Below are positions 57,707-64,000 of a stretch of DNA of 64,000 bases, piece by piece. The notes under the pieces were generated by a model. That model made no database searches. It was not told the origin of the DNA and saw only the letters and a program-made list of their open reading frames with translations. The DNA comes from an uncultured delta proteobacterium. Its GTDB lineage: Bacteria > Myxococcota > Myxococcia > Myxococcales > Anaeromyxobacteraceae. The translations under genes were made by a program, and so were the position numbers. The stretch spans positions 1 to 64,000 of the forward strand of contig CAWFDF010000013.1 of NCBI GenBank assembly GCA_963814585.1. Direction: 5' to 3'. Positions within the stretch are counted from its first letter, which is position 1; every line of letters starts with the position of its first letter.

Positions 57707-58752
57707 TCACCGCACTGTCCATCATCGCCGCGATCCTCGCGGTCTCCGGCCTCATCGTCCTCCACGAGGCGGGCCACATGTGGGCCGCCCGCTGGCTCGG
57801 CATGCGCGTCGAGCGGTTCAGCGTCGGCTTCGGCCCGGTCCTCTGGTCCACGGTCCGCAACGGCACCGAGTACGCCGTCTCGGCCCTGCCCCTCGGCGGC
57901 TACGTCAAGATCGCCGGCATGGCCGCCAGCGAGGAGATCTCGCCCGACGACCAGACCGCCTACTGCAACAGGCCGGCCTGGCGCCGCGTGCTGGTGCTGG
58001 CCGCCGGGCCCGGTGCCAACTACGTGGCGGCGGTGCTGCTGGCGGTGGGGCTGCTCGCCACCGTGGGCCTGCCGGCGCCCGACGGCTCCTCCCGGGTCGG
58101 CGAGCTGACGCCCGGCATGCCCGGCGAGGCGGCCGGGCTCCAGGTCGGCGACCGGATCGTCTCGGTGGACGGCAAGCCCGTGGGCGACTGGTACGCCCTG
58201 GTGGCCGAGCTCCAGCGCCACCCGGGGCGGGAGGTCGAGCTCTCCATCGAGCGCGGCGATCCGGCCCGGCGCCAGCCCCTCAAGCTCACGCCCAAGGACG
58301 ACGGCGGGGTCGGGCGGGTCGGCTTCCGGCCCTTCACGGTGCGCCGCCAGCTCGGCCCGGTCGACGCGGTGGTGGAGGGCGTCTCGACCACCAACGACCG
58401 CGCCTGGGACAACCTGGTCGGCCTGGCGCAGGTGGTGAAGCGGGAGCAGAAGGCCGAGCTGGCCGGACCGCTCGGCATCGGCCAGGAACTGGTGCGCGGC
58501 GCCAGGCTGGGGCTCGACCGCTTCCTCACCATCGTCTGGAACGTCTCCATCGCGCTGGCGCTGCTCAACCTGCTGCCGCTGCCGGCCCTCGACGGCGGCC
58601 GCCTGGTCTTCATCGCCATCGAGGTGGTGACGCGGCGCCGGGTCAGCGAGCGGATCGAGGGGATCGTCCACGGGCTCGGCTTCGCCGCCCTCCTCATCAT
58701 GCTGGTCGGGGTCACCATCTTCGGCGACCTGGCGCGCATGCTCGGGAGGTAG
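57703..58752 (+). CDS. rseP: RseP-like M50 site-2 metalloprotease with PDZ domain
   Basis: HEAGH, FSVGFG, PLGGYV, AGPGAN, NLLPLPALDGG. Confidence 0.9.
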   Translation: MITALSIIAAILAVSGLIVLHEAGHMWAARWLGMRVERFSVGFGPVLWSTVRNGTEYAVSALPLGGYVKIAGMAASEEISPDDQTAYCNRPAWRRVLVLAAGPGANYVAAVLLAVGLLATVGLPAPDGSSRVGELTPGMPGEAAGLQVGDRIVSVDGKPVGDWYALVAELQRHPGREVELSIERGDPARRQPLKLTPKDDGGVGRVGFRPFTVRRQLGPVDAVVEGVSTTNDRAWDNLVGLAQVVKREQKAELAGPLGIGQELVRGARLGLDRFLTIVWNVSIALALLNLLPLPALDGGRLVFIAIEVVTRRRVSERIEGIVHGLGFAALLIMLVGVTIFGDLARMLGR

Positions 58753-58804
58753 TGCCCCGGGTCCCCCGCTGGGCTCGGCGCCGGGCCACCGGTAGGATGG
58801 CCCG

Positions 58805-59458
58805 ATGCCCGTGACCGTCCTCTACTTCGCCGCCGCCCGCGAGGCCGCCGGCGCCGCCCGCGAGGTCCTCGACCCCGCTCCCCCCACGGTGGGCGACCTG
58901 CGCCGCCGGCTCCTCTCGCTGCGCCCGGGCCTCGGGCCGGTGCTGGCCCGGTGCCGCGTGGCGGTGGACGGCCAGTTCGCCGGCGAGGAGGCCCGGCTCC
59001 GCGACGGCGCCGAGGTGGCCATCATCCCGCCGGTGGCGGGCGGCGCGCCGGCCTGCGCCGTGGTGGACCGTCCGCTCCGCCTCGAGGAGGCGGTCGCGGC
59101 GGTCACGGCCCCCGGGCTCGGCGGCCTGGTCACCTTCACCGGCCTGGTGCGGGACGAGACCCGGGGCCGGCGCGTCGAGCGGCTGGAGTACGAGGCCTAC
59201 GCCGGGATGGCGGAGCGGACGCTGGCCCGCATCGCCGAGGAGGTGGGCCGGAGTCACGACTGCCGGGTCTCGATCGTCCACCGGGTCGGGGTGCTGGCGC
59301 CGGGGGACGCGGCGGTGGTGATCGCCTGCGCGGCGGCGCACCGGGCGCCGGCCTTCCGCGCCTGCGAGGAGGCGCTGGAGCGCCTCAAGAAGGAGGTCCC
59401 CATCTGGAAGCGGGAGGTCTTCAGCGACGGGGCCGAGTGGGTCGGCCTGGGACCGTGA
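58805..59458 (+). CDS. Fused molybdopterin synthase MoaD-MoaE
   Basis: VLYFAAARE...IIPPVAGG then FTGLVRD, LEYEAY, HRVG, LKKEVPIWKRE. Confidence 0.93.
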   Translation: MPVTVLYFAAAREAAGAAREVLDPAPPTVGDLRRRLLSLRPGLGPVLARCRVAVDGQFAGEEARLRDGAEVAIIPPVAGGAPACAVVDRPLRLEEAVAAVTAPGLGGLVTFTGLVRDETRGRRVERLEYEAYAGMAERTLARIAEEVGRSHDCRVSIVHRVGVLAPGDAAVVIACAAAHRAPAFRACEEALERLKKEVPIWKREVFSDGAEWVGLGP

Positions 59459-59513
59459 ACCGCCGATTCGCGGTGACCGGTGGCCCGCGGTATCCTCGAC
59501 GGGACACGAGGAG

Positions 59514-59879
59514 GTGCACTCGGTGAAGGTGCTCATCGCCGACGACGATCGACTGATCCGGGCCGTGCTCGGAGACCTGCTGACCGAGCTCGGGCACGCC
59601 GTGGTGATGGCCCCGGACGGCGCCGAGGCGGTGAAGCTCTGCGACCGCCAGCCACCCGACCTGCTCATCCTCGACTTCCTCATGCCGCGCCTCTCCGGCC
59701 TCGACGCCCTCAAGGAGATCCGGCGGCGCCACGCCATCCCGGCCCTGCTGATCACCGCCATCAACCAGGGAAGCCTGCGCGGCGTGGACGGCATCGACCA
59801 GGTGCAAGGCCTCCTCGAGAAGCCCTTCAACCGGAAGTCCGTGGAGGCGGCCATCCTCAAGGCCGTCGCGGTGCGATGA
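59514..59879 (+). CDS. Single-domain response regulator
   Basis: VLIADDD, DLLILDFLMPRLSG, LEKPF. Confidence 0.88.
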   Translation: MHSVKVLIADDDRLIRAVLGDLLTELGHAVVMAPDGAEAVKLCDRQPPDLLILDFLMPRLSGLDALKEIRRRHAIPALLITAINQGSLRGVDGIDQVQGLLEKPFNRKSVEAAILKAVAVR

Positions 59880-60814
59880 AGCTCTTCCGGGTCCTCTTCC
59901 TGCTGGTGCTCCTGGCGGCGGTGGCGCCGCTGGCGCTGCTGGCCCTGACGCTCCAGGCCGGCGGCGCCGACGTGGCCTCCCCGGCGCTGACGGCCGGCCT
60001 CGCGGCCGTGCTGCTGGCGCTGCTGATCTCGCTGGCCATGGCCCGGCGCGTGACCACGCCCCTCGACGAGCTGGTGCGGGGCGCCCTCGACATCGCCCGC
60101 GGCCGCTTCGGCCGGCAGGTGGTCCACGCCGGCAAGACCGAGCTCAGCGACCTCGCCTACACCTTCAACTTCATGTCGCGCCAGCTCGAGCAGTACGACC
60201 AGGACAACGTCCGGCTGTACGCGGCGCTGGAGCGCGCCTACCTGGAGACCATCCGGGCGCTGGCCTCGGCCATCGACGCCAAGGACCCCTACACGCGCGG
60301 CCACTCGGATCGCGTGGCGGCGCTGGCGGTGGAGGTCGGCCGCGAGCTGCAGCTCGACGACGCCACCCTCCGGATCCTGGAGTTCGGCGGGATCCTGCAC
60401 GACGTCGGCAAGATCGGCATCCCGGAGCAGGTGCTCCTGAAGCCGTCGCGGCTCACGCCGGAGGAGTTCGCGGTGGTCAAGAGCCACTCGGTGATCGGCG
60501 CCGAGATCGTCGACGGGGTCGAGTTCCTCAAGAGCGCCGAGCCGGCCATCCGGCACCACCACGAGCGCTGGGACGGGGGCGGCTATCCCGACGGCCTGGC
60601 CGGGGAGGCCATCCCGCTCATCGCCCGGATCCTCAACGCCGCCGACACCTGGGACGCCTGCACCTCGGAGCGTCCCTACCACCCGGCCCGCTCGGCCGCC
60701 GAGGTGCTCCCCATCATGGCCGAGCTCCGGGGCGTCCAGCTCGACCCGAAGGTCCACGACGCCTTCCTGCGCGTGCTGGAACGCCAGGGCGGGAAAGAGG
60801 TCGCGCAGGCGTGA
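59876..60814 (+). CDS. Membrane-anchored HAMP + HD-GYP cyclic-dinucleotide phosphodiesterase
   Basis: Two TM segments, HAMP, YTRGHSDRV, LHDVGKIG, HHERWDGGGYPDGL. Confidence 0.92.
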   Translation: MKLFRVLFLLVLLAAVAPLALLALTLQAGGADVASPALTAGLAAVLLALLISLAMARRVTTPLDELVRGALDIARGRFGRQVVHAGKTELSDLAYTFNFMSRQLEQYDQDNVRLYAALERAYLETIRALASAIDAKDPYTRGHSDRVAALAVEVGRELQLDDATLRILEFGGILHDVGKIGIPEQVLLKPSRLTPEEFAVVKSHSVIGAEIVDGVEFLKSAEPAIRHHHERWDGGGYPDGLAGEAIPLIARILNAADTWDACTSERPYHPARSAAEVLPIMAELRGVQLDPKVHDAFLRVLERQGGKEVAQA

Positions 60815-61440
60815 CCCGCCTCGCCATCCTCGACCTGGACGGGACGCTGCTCGACACGCTCGACGACCTGGCCGCGTCGGTCAACGTCGCGCTGGCCGAG
60901 GTCGGCCTCCCGCCGCGGCGGCGGACCGAGATCGAGCGGTTCGTCGGCGAGGGCGCGCGCAACCTCCTGTCGCGCGCCGTGGCGCCGCGGCACGAGCTGC
61001 TGGAGCCGGCCCTGGCGGCCTGGTGGGTGCACTACCGGGCTCACTGCCTCGACCGGACGCGCCCCTTCCCGGGCATCCCCGGCCTGCTGACGCGAAGCGG
61101 GCGCCGGCTGGCCGTCCACACCAACAAGCCCGGCTCGCTGGCGCGCCAGATCCTGGCCGGCCTCGGCCTGCTGGACCGCTTCGCCATCGTCACCGGGGGC
61201 GACGAGGCGCCTCGCAAGCCCGACCCGGCCGGTGCGCTGGCGATCATGCGGCGGCTCGGCGCCCGCCGCGCCGACACCGTCTTCATCGGCGACAGCCCGA
61301 CCGACGTCCGGACGGCGCGGGGCGCGGGGGTGCGGCTGGTGGGGGTCACCTGGGGCTTTCGGCCCGAGGCCGAGCTGCGCGCCGCCGGGGCTGTCACCGT
61401 GGTCGACACCGTGGCGGGGCTGGCACCATGGCTCGCGTGA
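60811..61440 (+). CDS. HAD-family hydrolase (phosphoglycolate phosphatase-like)
   Basis: DLDGTLLDT, TNK, KPDP, FIGDS. Confidence 0.9.
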   Translation: MTRLAILDLDGTLLDTLDDLAASVNVALAEVGLPPRRRTEIERFVGEGARNLLSRAVAPRHELLEPALAAWWVHYRAHCLDRTRPFPGIPGLLTRSGRRLAVHTNKPGSLARQILAGLGLLDRFAIVTGGDEAPRKPDPAGALAIMRRLGARRADTVFIGDSPTDVRTARGAGVRLVGVTWGFRPEAELRAAGAVTVVDTVAGLAPWLA

Positions 61441-61499
61441 GGCGCGGCGGAGCGGGCCGAAGGCTGGCCCGCGCCCCGGGAGCGAGACACCTTGGCTCC

Positions 61500-61832
61500 A
61501 TGCGCGGCCTGCTCAAGCTCGGGGTGCTGCTCGGCCTGATCGCTGGCCTCCTCTTCCTGGTGCCGTTCGGCGGGAGGACCGTCTTCGATCGCTGGCGGGC
61601 CTCGCGCGGCGTGGGTGACTTCACCGCGCGCACCTGGGCGGAGATGCGCGGCCTGCAGCCACCCGCCTCCAGCGGACCGCCGGCGGCGCCGAGGAAGGTG
61701 AAGCCGGGGAAGCCAGCGGCGGGCGCCGAGCCTGCCGCCCCGGACCAGCCCCTCGACTCGACCACCGACGCCGACCGCAAGGCGCTCGACCAGCTGCTCG
61801 ATCGGCACCTCGCCGATCCGCCGGCGCGCTGA
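61500..61832 (+). CDS. Hypothetical membrane-anchored protein
   Basis: N-terminal TM segment, Pro-rich linker, DRKALDQLL end. Confidence 0.7.
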   Translation: MRGLLKLGVLLGLIAGLLFLVPFGGRTVFDRWRASRGVGDFTARTWAEMRGLQPPASSGPPAAPRKVKPGKPAAGAEPAAPDQPLDSTTDADRKALDQLLDRHLADPPAR

Positions 61833-61888
61833 GTCCGCGGCCGGAACGGGGTTGCCAGCAGAGCCGGGCTCGCGGTAAGGACACCGCC

Positions 61889-62191
61889 ATGCCCGAGACC
61901 AAGAAGAAGCCCGCCAGCAAGCCGCCGAAGGCCAAGAGCAACGGCAAGAAGACCTGCACCGTCGCGGCGTGCCAGCGCGCCTACCGCGCCAAGGGATTCT
62001 GCTTCTTCCACTACAAGAAGTGGCGCGCCGGCGAGATCGAGGCCCGGCCGACCCGCTACAAGACCTGCTCCAAGCCCGACTGCAAGAAGAAGGTGGCTGG
62101 CCACGGCCTCTGCCAGGAGCACTTCGACGCCTGGACCAAGAGCCGGAAGAAGAACCAGGGCAAGGCCGAGGCCGCCGCGGCGTCCGCCTAG
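61889..62191 (+). CDS. Small basic protein with two C-x4-C...C-x2-H repeats (myxobacterial vegetative protein-like)
   Basis: CTVAAC...GFCFFHY and CSKPDC...GLCQEHF; very Lys-rich. Confidence 0.75.
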   Translation: MPETKKKPASKPPKAKSNGKKTCTVAACQRAYRAKGFCFFHYKKWRAGEIEARPTRYKTCSKPDCKKKVAGHGLCQEHFDAWTKSRKKNQGKAEAAAASA

Positions 62192-62264
62192 CGGCTCGCC
62201 GCGCCCGCCACGCTCTCCGCGCCCGCCCGGTCCGCCGCGGCGGGCGCATCGCTTTTCGCGGCCG

Positions 62265-63047
62265 CTACCTGGTCGGTTCGAGCCGCCGCTCCAGCGAGCG
62301 GACGGCCGCCAGCAGCAGCTCGGCCTCCCGCTGCGTGGGCTCGGCGCGGGCGAGCAGCCGGCGCCACTCGGCGAGGATGTGCTCCGGGTTCTGCGGGTTG
62401 AGGTAGCCGGTGGCCGCCAGGAGGACGGTGAGCCGCTCCCAGAGCGCCTCCACGGAGGCGTGCCGGGCCGGGCCGGCCCCTCCCTCGGCGGCCACGACCG
62501 CGGCGCCGCCACCCCCGGCCCCCGCCCCACACGCCAGCTCGTAGCAGACCACCGCCACCGCCTGGGCCAGGTTCATCGAGTCGTAGGCCGGAGAGGTGGG
62601 GATGGTGCAGACCGCCTGGCAGAGCGTGAGCTCGGCGTCCGAGAGTCCCCGCTGCTCCTCCCCGAAGACCAGCGCCACCTCCCCGGCCTCGGACCGCCGG
62701 GCCACCTCCTCCCCGAGCTGGCGCGGGGTGAGCCGCGGGCGCCCCTCCAGGGTCCGCGAGGTGGTCCCGCAGACCCAGGTGGCCGGCCCGAGGGCGGCGC
62801 GCAGGTCGGCGTGGAACCCCGCGGTCTCGAGCAGGTCGGAGGCGTGCCGGGCCAGCCGTGAGGCCCGGACCAGCACGTCGGCCTGCACCGTCCCCTCTCC
62901 CCCTCCGCGGGGGGACCCCCCCCATGCCGGAGGGGCCACCACCTCCAGCCTGGTGAGGCCGAAGTTCTTCAAGGCGCGGGCGGCGGCGCCGAGGTTCTCG
63001 GCGCTGGACGGGCGGTGGAGGACGATGCTCACTTTTCCAAGGGACAT
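62265..63047 (-). CDS. trmJ: SPOUT tRNA methyltransferase TrmJ family
   Basis: ENLGAAARALKNFG, LVFGEEQRGLS, SMNLAQAV. Confidence 0.9.
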   Translation of the reverse strand: MSLGKVSIVLHRPSSAENLGAAARALKNFGLTRLEVVAPPAWGGSPRGGGEGTVQADVLVRASRLARHASDLLETAGFHADLRAALGPATWVCGTTSRTLEGRPRLTPRQLGEEVARRSEAGEVALVFGEEQRGLSDAELTLCQAVCTIPTSPAYDSMNLAQAVAVVCYELACGAGAGGGGAAVVAAEGGAGPARHASVEALWERLTVLLAATGYLNPQNPEHILAEWRRLLARAEPTQREAELLLAAVRSLERRLEPTR

Positions 63048-63074
63048 GGCCGCCGCGACGTATAACATCCCGGC

Positions 63075-64000
63075 ATGCTCTCCGACGCCCAGCTCCGCGC
63101 CCAGCTCCCCCACACCCTCCGCCAGCTCGACCTGCCGGCCCTCGGCAGCCTCTACCGCGGGAAGGTCCGAGACAACTACTCGCGCGGCGACCAGATCATC
63201 ATGGTCACCAGCGACCGGATCAGCGCCTTCGACCACGTGCTCGGCACCATCCCGTTCAAGGGCGAGGTGCTCTCGCGCCTCACCACCTTCTGGTTCGAGA
63301 AGGTGAAGGACATCGCCCCGACCCACGTCATCTCGGTGCCGGACCCGAGCGTCATGGTGGTGAAGCGGGCCACCCCGCTGCCGGTCGAGATCGTCATCCG
63401 GGGCTACATCACCGGCTCGCTCTGGCGCGACTACCTGGCGGGAAAGGCCGGGGCCTACGGCATCGACTGGCCCGTCGGCCTCAAGAAGGATCAGCGCTTC
63501 GACCGGCCCATCATCACGCCGTCGACCAAGGCCGAGTACGGCAAGCACGACGAGCCCATCAGCGAGGCCGAGATCCTGCGCCAGAAGCTGGTCTCGCCGG
63601 AGCTCTGGAAGGAGGCCTGCCTGGTGGCGCAGCGGCTCTTCGCCCGCGGGCAGGAGTGGGCGGCCTCGCGCGGGCTGATCCTCGTCGACACCAAGTACGA
63701 GATGGGGATCGCCGACGGCAAGCTGGTGGTGATCGACGAGATCCACACGCCCGACAGCTCGCGCTACTGGCTGGCCAGGGAGTACCTGCAGCGGTTCATG
63801 GCCGGGCAGGAGCAGCAGATGCTCGACAAGGAGAACATCCGCCAGTGGCTCATCAAGGAGCACGGCTTCTCAGGCCACGGCAAGCCGCCCGCCCTCACCG
63901 ACGACGTGCGGGTCATGCTGGCGAGGAAGTACATCGAGGTCTTCGAGCTGCTCACCGGCGAGACCTTCGAGTCGAAGGGCGGCGACGTCCAGGCCCGCAT
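63075..64000 (+). CDS. purC: SAICAR synthase (partial, runs off the window)
   Basis: Manual translation from ATG 63075: YRGKVRDNY, SDRISAFD, PVEIVIRGYITGS, ITPSTKA, LVDTKYE, DEIHTPDSSRYW. Confidence 0.95.
   Translation, partial: MLSDAQLRAQLPHTLRQLDLPALGSLYRGKVRDNYSRGDQIIMVTSDRISAFDHVLGTIPFKGEVLSRLTTFWFEKVKDIAPTHVISVPDPSVMVVKRATPLPVEIVIRGYITGSLWRDYLAGKAGAYGIDWPVGLKKDQRFDRPIITPSTKAEYGKHDEPISEAEILRQKLVSPELWKEACLVAQRLFARGQEWAASRGLILVDTKYEMGIADGKLVVIDEIHTPDSSRYWLAREYLQRFMAGQEQQMLDKENIRQWLIKEHGFSGHGKPPALTDDVRVMLARKYIEVFELLTGETFESKGGDVQAR

Overview
High-GC chromosomal window from a myxobacterium; gene content and codon style point to an Anaeromyxobacter-like organism (inference). It holds about 57 CDS and two tRNAs (Glu-CUC, Gln-CUG), mostly housekeeping: gltX, clpS-clpA, hrpB, sucA-sucB, purC, trmJ, an rseP-like protease, a moaD-moaE fusion, NAD-GDH, aspartase/fumarase and metal/ion transporters. 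I found no integrase, transposase, prophage or CRISPR array. The most unusual feature is a 1795-aa Cys-rich surface protein (5517-10904). It carries a MYXO-CTERM-type sorting signal in the middle of the chain, followed directly by a second lipoprotein-type signal and six IPT/TIG-like domains, so it may be a two-product surface polyprotein. It is divergent from a myxosortase-like CPBP protease that heads a dgt / lid-less Hsp70 / J-protein / cvpA gene run. Other points: a secreted metallothionein-like peptide behind a palindromic operator, an ECF sigma coupled to a soluble kinase, an APH-fold plus CysC-like kinase pair, a stand-alone MshEN protein, many apparently leaderless genes, and at least six frameshifts that are probably sequencing errors. 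All family assignments come from recognising motifs by eye; no database searches were run.
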